Virus record (IMG/VR): IMGVR_UViG_3300020045_002855
Coordinates: 1-56,221 of that record
DNA length: 56,221 nt
Direction: 5' to 3' (one strand)
From: a virus
Taxonomy: Duplodnaviria; Caudoviricetes
Shown: positions 20,732 to 30,245 of the stretch, piece after piece
Numbering within the stretch: position 1 is the stretch's first letter
How the letters are laid out: each line of letters starts with the position of its first letter
Made by a program: the position numbers and the translations under genes
The notes under the pieces: generated by a model
Database searches by the model: none
What the model saw: only the letters and a program-made list of their open reading frames with translations
What the model was told of the DNA's origin: nothing

Positions 20732-20824
20732 TGGCCTGACTGGCTGCGAAGTTAGAACGGGTCGAGTTAACCCCATCGCTGCCAGTCAGGCCACATTTAC
20801 ACACTCGTAGTTTCCAGGTTCTAA
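20732..20824 (-). promoter_or_regulatory. Structured leader upstream of the HNH gene
   Basis: 13-bp perfect inverted repeat 20732-20744/20781-20793; loop boxes complementary to 20803-20807 and 20818-20824. Confidence 0.5.
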
Positions 20825-20851
20825 ACTGGGCCAGGATAACCTGGCCCAGTT
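20824..20851. terminator. 12-bp hairpin after DNA polymerase (terminator-like)
   Basis: AACTGGGCCAGG-ataa-CCTGGCCCAGTT, 3 nt from the polymerase stop. Confidence 0.6.
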
Positions 20852-20854
20852 ATT

Positions 20855-23800
20855 TTACACAGTTTCAATGGGCTTCAAAATCTTTTCTACAGCCGCCAGA
20901 ACTTTCTCTTCCGAGAACTCCTCGCCGATTTCAACAAGTGTCCCGAAGGACTTGCCAAAACCTATGGAAGAAGCTGATGGTACTACTTCAAGGAACTGCT
21001 CAGTCATGAAACCGTGGAGTTGCCGTGTCACTTCTACAATGTCTTTTACTCCTACAGAGTGTAGACTTTCATCATGTACACTAAAGTACCACTCGTAATC
21101 GTAGTCGTCCAACAACCTACTGTCCCAGATACGAGTCATAACTCTCTTAATCTGTGTACCACCAGCAGCCTGGATTCGTGCATTACCCGCTTGGCGCATA
21201 GCCTTACTAGCAATGTACTTATCTTCAGATAGCAGTAGAGGAGCAAGGTGTCGAACGGTACCCCCGTGAATTTCTACATACCCATTCACGTTAGCAAATC
21301 TCTCGCATTCATCCTTCCAGGTTTTGATTCCTGGGAACTGTGCGTAGATAGCATCTAGGTAAGCTTGTGCTTCCTCAACAGTAATACCCAAACCTTCTGC
21401 AATTTTAGGTGCCGTTGCGCCGTATATGCTAGCAAATAATGTGATCTTTGCACTTTGTCTGATAGCTGTATATTCTTTCTCTGTTTCTGGGGCTTTTAAC
21501 CGAAGGCGAAACTCCTGATATTCGCACCCAGCAATGCGAGAACCAACAATGCTATGTACATCCCTCAACTCGTCTTTAGTGCCTAAGTAGCACGTCAGCA
21601 AGTTAGAGTCCTTACAGTAGTCTGCAAGTTGCCGAACTTCCTGCGCCGATTCGTCCAGGGATACCACAAGTGCTTTCTTGTGGTGTGGAACGATAACAGA
21701 CCGTACCCCACCGTAAGATGAGTCCATCTGCTGGATGTTGGGACTGTTCCCTGTGAACCTCCTTGTGTTAGTAGCAGACTGCCTCAGAGAAGGGTGCAGC
21801 TTGCCAGTAGAGTGATGCAAAAGCTTAGGGTACGGTTCCCAGTAAAGTCCGTTACGGGTCGTAATAGACTTCATCTCTACCAGGGCTTTGACTACTGGCA
21901 CAATATCATCAGGTATATCACCCATACGAATAGCCAACTTGAAAGCATCCTCGTCTGTACGGGCAGTACCCTCCTTGACTCCTTTAGCCCTCATGAGGTC
22001 TGTAGGCTTGTTCCGCAGCCTGACAGGGGCCTTGATAGTGTCGTAAAACAAAGACTGTAGCTGCTTAGGGCTGCCTGTGTTAATAACAGGCTTACCCTGG
22101 AAGTGGGCAGCAACCATCTTGTTAATAGACTCTACATCCTCAGTAGCAATAAACGATGCCAGAATACTAGCATTTTCTGCTTCTAGACCACGAACTAACC
22201 TCGCAATAGAAGAAACTTTCCGAACCATAGTCTTGAGTTCAAGGCCCAGTACGATCTGCACAGCCTCCTTGATACTCGCAGGGGTCAATTCCGTGTACAC
22301 CGGGCACACAGTACCTTCCCAGCCGTTTGCCACAAGGAAGGAATCAACAGTAACGCTTAACTCCTCCCTGAGCTTAACGTCTGCAGCAGACAACTCACTC
22401 AACCTTGCCATGTCAAGTTTGATACCCCGTGTGTAAGCCATAGCCTGCAGGTACATAGGTTTCTGTTCATCCCCCAGGAAAGAAGGTAAAGTTCCTTCAA
22501 GTTCCATAAACAGCTTGAAGAAATTCCACAGACCTGCGCTGGTGTAAACGTCATCACATCCGTAGTGAAGAACTCTCTCACCTGTGATCTGATTCATCTT
22601 CAACCCACCAGTCACAGACACATAGCTCTCCTGCTCATACCCAAACAACTTCTGGGATAGCTGTTTCAGTCCGTGGCTAAACTGGTTCTCATCCCAAAAA
22701 GATGCTGCAATCCGGGTATCCACCATGTTAGGGTACATACCACGCCAACCATTACCTTGCATGAACGACGAGATCTCGTTATACATAACAGGCAACTCAA
22801 ACCCTGCCGCGTTGTGTGCAGCAGTGTGTTTGGTTGGGTCCAAGCTAGTAACCATCTCAGCAAACTGCTGCAGTGTCACGTTGTTTGTGTCTGCGTGGTC
22901 AACTGAGATATAGTAAGCGTATTGACCGTTAGCACCAAAGGAGATAGAACCCCCTGTAATCTTACTACCAATAACATCAACACCATCTGCTTTACCTTGA
23001 CCAGCTAACCAATCATCGGACTCGTCACTTGTTGACGTTTCCAGGTCAAGTGCATAGAACTTACTTTCTGCAACTTTTGACTTCAAGAATGCTAGTGCTG
23101 CACTGTAGTTGTCGGCAGTTACTAGCCTCATCTGAGCACCCCAACCCTTCAACCTACTGTCTGCAATCACCCCATGCACAAACCCAGGCATCCACTGCAA
23201 AGGGTCTTTGAAATGGTTTACCCACTCTGGGTGCAACTTAGCCAGTTTGTAAGAACGAATGAAGTCTGCGCGACCTTCGTAAATACGGCCGACCATCTTG
23301 TTCTGTGTAGCCTCTAGAGCCAGATCTTCCAGGTTACCTAGTTCACCCAGGCGGACCATTTCAGCCATACCGTCTTCACCGAACTCACGATCAAAGTCCA
23401 GCCACTTGGCTTTCCCAAAGCCGTGAATGCCTGTGATCTTGTCACCTGTGTCACCTACCATAGCCTTGTAAAGACTAATGTATTTGCAGGGGAATAGGCC
23501 GTACTTGTTAATACCTGACTCGCCCTGCGCAGAAACTGTGATCTTTGCGCCGTGAACGTTGATACCGTTCAATACAGAAATATCCCCGTCACGAGATTCA
23601 ATGTCAAGGTCTTCTCGGATGTTTTCTGCTAGCCATGCCAATACGTCATCGGATTCACAGTTATCTTGTTGAACAGCCACAGCACCTAAGCTGCGGAACA
23701 GTTCTACAACTTCATCGCGCAACTTCTGAAACTCTTGGTAGGACTCCGTTGGTCTGCCCCTTCCCTGCTTGTAATTCTTGTCAATCATCAAGCGTGGGGC

Positions 23801-24019
23801 TTTGGAGTTCATACCCTCCACCACCAGAACCAGGTCCATTGGAGTCATGTTCCTACGGTCAAGTGCGGCTTTGATGGAGTTGATGACGAACTCGTAACCG
23901 TAAGCTGCCGTGTTGACAGTGACTTCTTTGTCCTCAAAAGAAACCTTGTAGCCTTCTGGGTCAGTACCTGCTAACAGGCATGACCAGACTGTAGAGCTAA
24001 TGTCTATAGCAAGTTTCAT
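20855..24019 (-). CDS. polA: Family A DNA polymerase with N-terminal 5'-3' exonuclease and 3'-5' exonuclease domains
   Basis: 5'-3' exo motifs YKQGR, ESDD, SRDGD, GDTGDKITGI; 3'-5' exo motifs DLETS, HNAAGFE, YGCDD; polymerase motifs LDESAQEVR, RQSAKITLFASIYG, VHDE. Confidence 0.93.
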   Translation of the reverse strand: MKLAIDISSTVWSCLLAGTDPEGYKVSFEDKEVTVNTAAYGYEFVINSIKAALDRRNMTPMDLVLVVEGMNSKAPRLMIDKNYKQGRGRPTESYQEFQKLRDEVVELFRSLGAVAVQQDNCESDDVLAWLAENIREDLDIESRDGDISVLNGINVHGAKITVSAQGESGINKYGLFPCKYISLYKAMVGDTGDKITGIHGFGKAKWLDFDREFGEDGMAEMVRLGELGNLEDLALEATQNKMVGRIYEGRADFIRSYKLAKLHPEWVNHFKDPLQWMPGFVHGVIADSRLKGWGAQMRLVTADNYSAALAFLKSKVAESKFYALDLETSTSDESDDWLAGQGKADGVDVIGSKITGGSISFGANGQYAYYISVDHADTNNVTLQQFAEMVTSLDPTKHTAAHNAAGFELPVMYNEISSFMQGNGWRGMYPNMVDTRIAASFWDENQFSHGLKQLSQKLFGYEQESYVSVTGGLKMNQITGERVLHYGCDDVYTSAGLWNFFKLFMELEGTLPSFLGDEQKPMYLQAMAYTRGIKLDMARLSELSAADVKLREELSVTVDSFLVANGWEGTVCPVYTELTPASIKEAVQIVLGLELKTMVRKVSSIARLVRGLEAENASILASFIATEDVESINKMVAAHFQGKPVINTGSPKQLQSLFYDTIKAPVRLRNKPTDLMRAKGVKEGTARTDEDAFKLAIRMGDIPDDIVPVVKALVEMKSITTRNGLYWEPYPKLLHHSTGKLHPSLRQSATNTRRFTGNSPNIQQMDSSYGGVRSVIVPHHKKALVVSLDESAQEVRQLADYCKDSNLLTCYLGTKDELRDVHSIVGSRIAGCEYQEFRLRLKAPETEKEYTAIRQSAKITLFASIYGATAPKIAEGLGITVEEAQAYLDAIYAQFPGIKTWKDECERFANVNGYVEIHGGTVRHLAPLLLSEDKYIASKAMRQAGNARIQAAGGTQIKRVMTRIWDSRLLDDYDYEWYFSVHDESLHSVGVKDIVEVTRQLHGFMTEQFLEVVPSASSIGFGKSFGTLVEIGEEFSEEKVLAAVEKILKPIETV

Positions 24020-24540
24020 TTCATAATTCCTAATCTTAGAAGATAGTCTGAAACGTCAGACTCCAGTTCTTTTAACGTTCCCTGGTTGTAGACTATGAAG
24101 TCTCCAACCTTAATAGGTAGCGGCATCTCGGAAACGTGGGTAGCCTGACCTTCTGCCAATTTCACCCCTCGACCTGTGAGGTGCCAGACAGAACCCAAAC
24201 GACGACGTACCCAGGAAACTTCGTTCTCAAACCTTACGTCAGAGATAACAAATCTACCTTCTCCCACCTTGGCATCTGCCAAATTCACCCAGAAATCTGT
24301 ATCAAGGTTTCGTGCCCATTCTGTGCCCAGCGTCTGAGCGGCCTTGCGGTAGCTGTAATCTTTGCCAGGGATAGGCATCTCTTTGAGGGCTCTGTCGGCT
24401 GGCTCTACGATACCCACGACAGCGAGTGCCTGCTTGAGTGGGCCTGCAAAGCTGTATTTAGTGAAGCCGTAGTGGGCCACAAGTATGTCAGCTACTGTGT
24501 CTTTGCCCGCGCCTGCTCTGCCTGTCAAACCAATTAGCAT
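24016..24540 (-). CDS. Deoxynucleoside monophosphate kinase
   Basis: IGLTGRAGAGKDT, FAGPLK, QTLGTEW.R, ISDVRFENE, HVSE. Confidence 0.9.
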   Translation of the reverse strand: MLIGLTGRAGAGKDTVADILVAHYGFTKYSFAGPLKQALAVVGIVEPADRALKEMPIPGKDYSYRKAAQTLGTEWARNLDTDFWVNLADAKVGEGRFVISDVRFENEVSWVRRRLGSVWHLTGRGVKLAEGQATHVSEMPLPIKVGDFIVYNQGTLKELESDVSDYLLRLGIMK

Positions 24541-24550
24541 AAACTCTCCA

Positions 24551-24572
24551 AAGAAAAGGCCCGAAGGCCCTT
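24551..24572 (-). terminator. Intrinsic terminator
   Basis: On the - strand GGGCC-TTCG-GGCCT followed by TTTCTT. Confidence 0.7.
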
Positions 24573-24574
24573 AG

Positions 24575-25054
24575 TTAAATCCTGCCGCCTTCTAGCAACC
24601 CGTTTTCCAGAAGCATCACCTCTAGCTTCGGTTCCGGTTTCCAGTAGTTCGGGCCTTTCATGACCTTGGCTCGGTCGTCGAGAATAGCTTTGCCATCTGC
24701 ACCCAGCTTGCTAAAGTTAGACTGCATGATAATTTCAAGTGTTTGGTCCAGTGGGATACCGTAGCGGGCCATCTCACTTGCTGCGTAGATGATAATGTCG
24801 CCTAGCCAGTCAGTCAACATAACCATAGCTTTTTGGGCTTTGGCATCTTCGACAGCTTTGTCGGAACCCTCAGGATTCACGTCTTCCAACACAGTCATGA
24901 TCTCGTCACCTTCTCGAAGTTCTTCTTCAAGAATGGCCATGAACTGCTCTACCCGCTGAATGGCTCCGCCCACCTCTACAAACGTAGGGTCATGGGGATG
25001 AGGTAACGAGTACATTGCGTTGAACTGCTGGATGTCTTCTGCGAACTTGCTCAT
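24575..25054 (-). CDS. MazG-like/all-alpha NTP pyrophosphohydrolase
   Basis: LEEE..E, D.LGD..Y, SNFSKLGADG....D...KV.KGPNY..P motifs. Confidence 0.85.
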   Translation of the reverse strand: MSKFAEDIQQFNAMYSLPHPHDPTFVEVGGAIQRVEQFMAILEEELREGDEIMTVLEDVNPEGSDKAVEDAKAQKAMVMLTDWLGDIIIYAASEMARYGIPLDQTLEIIMQSNFSKLGADGKAILDDRAKVMKGPNYWKPEPKLEVMLLENGLLEGGRI

Positions 25055-25063
25055 ATCTAACTC

Positions 25064-25312
25064 CTATATGGTTACTGCCAAAATGGCATCTATACCGCGA
25101 ACATTCAAAGCTTCCTGCAGCTCTACCACCTTGTCTGCAGGAACTTCGTCTACCAGAACCTTGGTGCTATTGAAGAAGGTCGCTGACGGTGGCAGGGTTA
25201 GGTAGTAGCCCAGCCAGTATCGAGTACCTGCTTCCGCATAACTTTCTGCCAAAGCTATCAAAGCCTTGGTCTTCCCTGACCCTGCAGGACCAGTCAGTAC
25301 CATTACACCCAT
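25064..25312 (-). CDS. Small P-loop protein
   Basis: GPAGSGKT Walker A and VLVDE Walker B in only 82 aa; GGAG RBS. Confidence 0.55.
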   Translation of the reverse strand: MGVMVLTGPAGSGKTKALIALAESYAEAGTRYWLGYYLTLPPSATFFNSTKVLVDEVPADKVVELQEALNVRGIDAILAVTI

Positions 25313-25322
25313 AGTAATCTCC

Positions 25323-26027
25323 TTAGATGTTCTTCAACTTTTCCAACGTGAAACGAAGGTCACGGCCAATGTCTGCCTGGTCTAGCAACCATGTCCGGTA
25401 ACTTTTAGGAACCTTGATGATCGGCACACCAGCGTGCATGCCCCAGGGCATTTTGCTCAGCATCTTCGGCACCATGGCACGAGCAAACAGCGTGGCAAGA
25501 TCTACCCCCGTCAGCGGCAGAATGCGCAGCAGCAGGTCTCGCACAGACTTCACATCACCCAGCGCGGTATGGCTTTCCTGCACAGACAAACCCAGCTCTG
25601 CCTGCAGCGTAGCCAATTTGTGGTTTGTTGTGCCGGTGATGTATTGCCGTGACAGGTCAAGCGTGCAGAGCTTCCGACCTATCTGCATGTAGGGCGCGAT
25701 CATTCGTGAGTCGAATGACACATTGTGGCAGATGATGTTGATAGGGGTTTTACCTACCCCAGTCTCTTCTACCACCTGCGCCATAGTAGGCGCATCTACC
25801 ACATCTTCCATGCTGATACCGTGGATTGCCTGGGCACCTGGGTCGATAGGCCGTTCAGGGTTGACAAGTGTTCGGTACTCGTCAAGTACATTGAAGTCTT
25901 TGTCAATCTTCATCCACGCAATTTCGACAATACCTGCTGACAACGAGGCCGTTTCGGTATCTAGGATGTAGATAGGTTCGTCACTAATTTCAGGTGATAC
26001 TTCCGGTGTCAATTTGATCGTGTCCAT
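25323..26027 (-). CDS. DEDDh 3'-5' exonuclease (exonuclease X / DnaQ-like)
   Basis: LDTET, HGIS, HNVSFD, HTALGD; C-terminal MPWG.H.G..I..VP.SY..WL domain as in ExoX. Confidence 0.88.
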   Translation of the reverse strand: MDTIKLTPEVSPEISDEPIYILDTETASLSAGIVEIAWMKIDKDFNVLDEYRTLVNPERPIDPGAQAIHGISMEDVVDAPTMAQVVEETGVGKTPINIICHNVSFDSRMIAPYMQIGRKLCTLDLSRQYITGTTNHKLATLQAELGLSVQESHTALGDVKSVRDLLLRILPLTGVDLATLFARAMVPKMLSKMPWGMHAGVPIIKVPKSYRTWLLDQADIGRDLRFTLEKLKNI

Positions 26028-26041
26028 TTTTATCCTTGTAG

Positions 26042-26069
26042 AAAAGGGAACCGAAGTTCCCTTATTTTT
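26042..26069. terminator. Intrinsic terminator
   Basis: AAGGGAAC-cgaa-GTTCCCTT (TTCG loop on the - strand) flanked by A/T runs. Confidence 0.75.
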
Positions 26070-26071
26070 CT

Positions 26072-26770
26072 TTAGACAGCCACAGTGAACTTGGCAATAG
26101 TGTACGTGTCCGTACCCTTTTGTGCAAGTTCTGTGGTGGCCTTAATTTGCACAGCCTGTTCAGCCGTGATACTGCCTTTTGCCAGAGCATAAGCGGTGTT
26201 AGCTTTGTAACGGTCAAATTGGACCTTAGAAGCTGGGCTGAGATCGAATTGTGCGAGAGTGCCGTTAAAAGTGTCACCGTTCTTAGCGCACACTTGCAAA
26301 GCAGCTACCACAACCACTCGGTCCTTGATGGACGCCTTGGGGTAGCCATTTTCACGCAACCATTGCAGATGTTCGGCGACAGGGGTATCGTCACTGCAGG
26401 TGATGCGGTCACGGGAGTAACGCACGTCTTCCCTTGGTGCCTTGTCATCGTTGGGAGAGATAACAAAGCTCTTCTGGTAAGAGAGAAGTTCAAAAAGAAC
26501 TGTGTCACCAAGGTTCGTCTTGGTCTCACGGTCCACGAAGTTGCCGTTCGTGGTGATAATCTGTGCCAAGGTGTTGTAGTCAACTTCCAAAGCGTCTTCC
26601 AGGCGGTCCAGCACTTTCATGTCGAGCTTGTTGGAGACCGCCAGGGCGGCAGGAGCAGCGACGGCCACCGCAGTTGCAGTAGGAGTAGCAGAGGTGGCAG
26701 CGGCAGAGGCTTCGGCCACACCAGCAGCATCATCGGACTCGAAAGCAGGGGTATTTTTCAGCAAAGACAT
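26072..26770 (-). CDS. Hypothetical replication protein (possible ssDNA-binding protein)
   Basis: Has its own promoter and terminator and lies beside the primase-helicase; function inferred from position only. Confidence 0.45.
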   Translation of the reverse strand: MSLLKNTPAFESDDAAGVAEASAAATSATPTATAVAVAAPAALAVSNKLDMKVLDRLEDALEVDYNTLAQIITTNGNFVDRETKTNLGDTVLFELLSYQKSFVISPNDDKAPREDVRYSRDRITCSDDTPVAEHLQWLRENGYPKASIKDRVVVVAALQVCAKNGDTFNGTLAQFDLSPASKVQFDRYKANTAYALAKGSITAEQAVQIKATTELAQKGTDTYTIAKFTVAV

Positions 26771-26837
26771 TTGTAATTTCCATTTTTGTTTGGCCGTTCT
26801 TTCCGGCCTGTCAACCAGCAAACACTGGATTTCCTAC

Positions 26838-26848
26838 ATTCTAGCACA
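26838..26848 (-). promoter_or_regulatory. Extended -10 promoter candidate
   Basis: TGTGCTAGAAT (TGnTAGAAT) on the - strand, upstream of the 26770 start. Confidence 0.45.
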
Positions 26849-26852
26849 AAGG

Positions 26853-29732
26853 CTAAACTGCTAGTTTCTGTATTTTGCCCATGAACTTGGGCACGCCCGC
26901 CCGGTACAGCCCATCAAGGTCTAGCACCACTGTTTCTACAGCCATCCTCTGTGTACCAGAGGACTTCTGTATGAACTGTGGTACGTCTAGCATAGCCTGG
27001 GCAAAGGCTGCTTCGCTAGGGAACAAGGGTGTCTGGCCTTGGTGTTTGGTGTAGAGGCAATACTTGACATAAGATGCCCGAGGCACCAAAACAAGTACGC
27101 CTTTTCCGCCAACTTCGGTTAAATTGTATTCAAAGCTATCCTCCAAGTGGTAAGGGTGCGTAACTGGCAACCGAGTCATGTCAGAGAAACTTGTCAGAAT
27201 CTTGATGTATTCTGGTACGGTACTCTTAGCCATAACTTCCAACCCGTTAAAGATTGCAGGTTCAAGTTTTAGAAATATCTCACCAAACAGTGGCTCAAAC
27301 TCTTCTGCATAAATGTCCCGCAACAGACGCTTGAACTTATGCAACCCAAACAAGGCTACTGAGTTGTTGTAAACATTCCGCAACTTGTTATTTGCTCTGC
27401 GAGTGTACTCAATTTCGTCCATTTCTCCAGAAGCTACTAAAGCTCCGTCTGTAGTTCGCAGCATGTGTCGGTCACGTGCCCAGGCATAAACTCTGTTGAA
27501 CTCTTCTGCTACGTTGGTAACCGTAGCATGTTTCGCAACACGGGCCGCTAAGGTCAAGCCTAACGTAGCCAGAATCTGGCGGCGAGAGTGGAACTTTTCG
27601 TAAACACTGTAGGCTTTCGCAGATACAAGTGCGCTGGGGCGCTTGAGGGTTACCAGTACCATACGCTCCATGATAGCCGTTTCGGTTTCCACAGCTTCCG
27701 CCATAAAAATGATAGGGCCGCTTAGGACGATCTGGTTGAGAGCAGCGTAGTTCTCCTTGTTTCTGCTGCCACCACCACGAGAAGTCGTCTTCATGTTGTA
27801 GGCATCCCGCATGGTCGCCCGGTACTTCTCCAACACCTCTCGGTTCATCGTAGAGGGCTTGTACTCATCCAGCATAACTGGGATAGAGCCACTACCTCCA
27901 ACAAGTGCCAAGAAGGCAAAGGGAGTACCCGATGGAGTTACACTTACAGGGCGCTTCTTGTAGTAGAACAAGCTTAGGAAGTCCTCAGTCATTGAGGACT
28001 TTCCAGAGCCTGCTGTACCATATACGTGCAGCAATGGAAACTGTCCGTGTGCGTGGTGCAATAGCTGCCTCCAAAAAGAAGCAGTCATCCAGCCTAGAAG
28101 CTTGCCTATTACCTCTGGTGTCTGACAGGTAAAAAGAGCTGTCAACATAGTCGTCAACTCTTCCTTATTGCCCTCTACAGACAGGAACTCGTCTAAGTTT
28201 GGGGCCTTAGTCAGGTCTGTTTCAAGCACGCCTTCGGGGGTCGGGAAACCTTGGAACTCAAACTCAATACCCAGATCGGTGACCCATTGTGGGCACTTGA
28301 CACCCTCGTTATCTGCCCATACAACAAAGGGTTCTTTAAGGGCTGGGTTCGGGTGCTTGATTAGACTCACCAGATTCAGACCTTCGGAGTCTATCAGGTA
28401 CTTGGTTTCACTTACGGCTTTTAACATGATTTGATACAGACCTCTGGCGTGGTTATCAGTCCCTGTGAATGAACCGCCAAAAGGCATGACTGCGGCGTTT
28501 AAATTAGAAGAACCTGCAAAAGTAGAGGGCAGCATCTTGATAGTGCCTCCCAGACCTTGCATCGTAGCTACAAGACCCGTAATCTGCTCATCTGCTATTG
28601 CGATTAACTTCTTTACATCTGTAAAGAGAAAGTTGCTAATCGCCATGTCACCGGCATCACCCTTGCTGACTGTATAGCAGTTGCCGCTGATAGTGACACC
28701 ACAACTGAAAGTTGCACTGTCAGTTACCTCTCCAGATTCACTAATCGTAATGGTAGGTGCCCGATAAACAAGTGCCTTGATTGGTTCAAAAGCATACTCA
28801 TAGGCAAAGTTATCTTCCACGTAGAAGAACATCCGACGCAACTCACCTTCACGTTTAGCTGGGGAGTTGTACCTACTACCGTCAGACTCGTGATTGGAGA
28901 TTAACCCAGCGCACGCTTCTACCAGGGCATCTTCGCTCATGTTGCTTTCACGAGCATACAAGGCCAATTGAATAGCTATTTTGTTGAAGCCTACGTCTGC
29001 CAGGTTTTCACCTCGCATAACCTGCTGCACTGTAGGGGCATGAGATTGAAGCGCAGCTAGATCGACTGGCTTTGTCTTTTTCTGCTTGACCGACAGGGCT
29101 TTTTGTTTCGCTGAAAGGTACTCTAGTGCGAACGTGGGCCGGAAGATCGGAGGTGGAACGCTGAAAACTCTTGGAACTTTGCACAGTGTAGAGTAGCCTT
29201 CTCCAGTTAGTGAGCGCAACTCCTCCGCTGTGATCGAGACCTTGTAGTTACCATTCTCCCGTATGTTATAGGGAGTGCGAAGCATACGACCCTTACGTGC
29301 TGTGTACACCTTATGGTCAAGTGTATCCACAGCGTAACGCAAAGCCATCTCCTTGTATATGGCAGGCAACCGAACTTGAGGCGCGGGCTTTTCAACAAAG
29401 CAACCCATAGGTACTAGAAGATGAAGACCCTTCTTACCACTCAGAAAAATCTGAATGTCCTGTTCTTCCAGACCTTCCTTTATCAGCCGTGCCAAAAGTT
29501 GTTGGGCACCTGCGATAGAGTCTTCAATATCTTCTGCGTCTAGGTCAAAGTACAAACTACCCAAATATCGTGCTTTTTCAGTCTCTTCCCTTGTGGGACG
29601 ATCGTCAAGTAGTGTGTCTATCGCAAGTACAGTTACGAAAGTGGGGCGTATAGTGTTAAATTCATGTGCCCTGTTTTCCTGAATCGGTATCCATTTCTCG
29701 TCTCCACCTGTGGGCTGGTAATAGAAGAACAA
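26853..29732 (-). CDS. Primase-helicase (AEP-type primase plus P-loop helicase)
   Basis: LYFDLD, SGKKGLH and RMLR primase motifs; GTAGSGKS Walker A and MLDEYK Walker B. Confidence 0.87.
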   Translation of the reverse strand: MFFYYQPTGGDEKWIPIQENRAHEFNTIRPTFVTVLAIDTLLDDRPTREETEKARYLGSLYFDLDAEDIEDSIAGAQQLLARLIKEGLEEQDIQIFLSGKKGLHLLVPMGCFVEKPAPQVRLPAIYKEMALRYAVDTLDHKVYTARKGRMLRTPYNIRENGNYKVSITAEELRSLTGEGYSTLCKVPRVFSVPPPIFRPTFALEYLSAKQKALSVKQKKTKPVDLAALQSHAPTVQQVMRGENLADVGFNKIAIQLALYARESNMSEDALVEACAGLISNHESDGSRYNSPAKREGELRRMFFYVEDNFAYEYAFEPIKALVYRAPTITISESGEVTDSATFSCGVTISGNCYTVSKGDAGDMAISNFLFTDVKKLIAIADEQITGLVATMQGLGGTIKMLPSTFAGSSNLNAAVMPFGGSFTGTDNHARGLYQIMLKAVSETKYLIDSEGLNLVSLIKHPNPALKEPFVVWADNEGVKCPQWVTDLGIEFEFQGFPTPEGVLETDLTKAPNLDEFLSVEGNKEELTTMLTALFTCQTPEVIGKLLGWMTASFWRQLLHHAHGQFPLLHVYGTAGSGKSSMTEDFLSLFYYKKRPVSVTPSGTPFAFLALVGGSGSIPVMLDEYKPSTMNREVLEKYRATMRDAYNMKTTSRGGGSRNKENYAALNQIVLSGPIIFMAEAVETETAIMERMVLVTLKRPSALVSAKAYSVYEKFHSRRQILATLGLTLAARVAKHATVTNVAEEFNRVYAWARDRHMLRTTDGALVASGEMDEIEYTRRANNKLRNVYNNSVALFGLHKFKRLLRDIYAEEFEPLFGEIFLKLEPAIFNGLEVMAKSTVPEYIKILTSFSDMTRLPVTHPYHLEDSFEYNLTEVGGKGVLVLVPRASYVKYCLYTKHQGQTPLFPSEAAFAQAMLDVPQFIQKSSGTQRMAVETVVLDLDGLYRAGVPKFMGKIQKLAV

Positions 29733-30209
29733 TTAGATTACTCCTGGAAAATTCTTTGTGAAAATAGCCCTCTCAACCAGATAACTAACCCCCTCGTGTC
29801 GGTCCCTTGGGGCGAGTTTGGTCTTACAGTGCAAGGCAAACCGGGCATTGTACTTTCCGTTGTACTCCAAGTAAGTTACAAGTGAGTTCTGTGGGTGAAA
29901 CACAAAGCACCCTTCCGCCAACTCCACAGGAGAATAGCCAAGGTTTAGGAACCTACCTTGTCTATCCTTCCATGTGGACTCAAGTCCCTCACGTAAAGAG
30001 ACTTGGAGATCTACGCAGGTCAGCACATCTTGTATATAGGGTTGACCAAATAGCAGACGATAGAGGAGAATCTCTTTCTGCTGGAATCCTGCAAAGCGGT
30101 GAAAGGCTCTGCAGGATTCCCACCTGGAAAGTTGCTCAGGTGTTAAGGTTGATAGGCTTATGCAGCCATCAACTGGACCTTGGAGAAGGCCCTTTGTGTT
30201 GTCTATCAT
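29733..30209 (-). CDS. Hypothetical protein
   Basis: 158-aa ORF abutting the primase start. Confidence 0.6.
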   Translation of the reverse strand: MIDNTKGLLQGPVDGCISLSTLTPEQLSRWESCRAFHRFAGFQQKEILLYRLLFGQPYIQDVLTCVDLQVSLREGLESTWKDRQGRFLNLGYSPVELAEGCFVFHPQNSLVTYLEYNGKYNARFALHCKTKLAPRDRHEGVSYLVERAIFTKNFPGVI

Positions 30210-30245
30210 GAAAATCCAAAGAAAATGCAGTCAATATTCTACTCC

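Noticed and set aside
20071-20851. Group I intron or intein carrying the HNH
   Set aside because: Polymerase and thyX are each complete and uninterrupted; the HNH is free-standing between them
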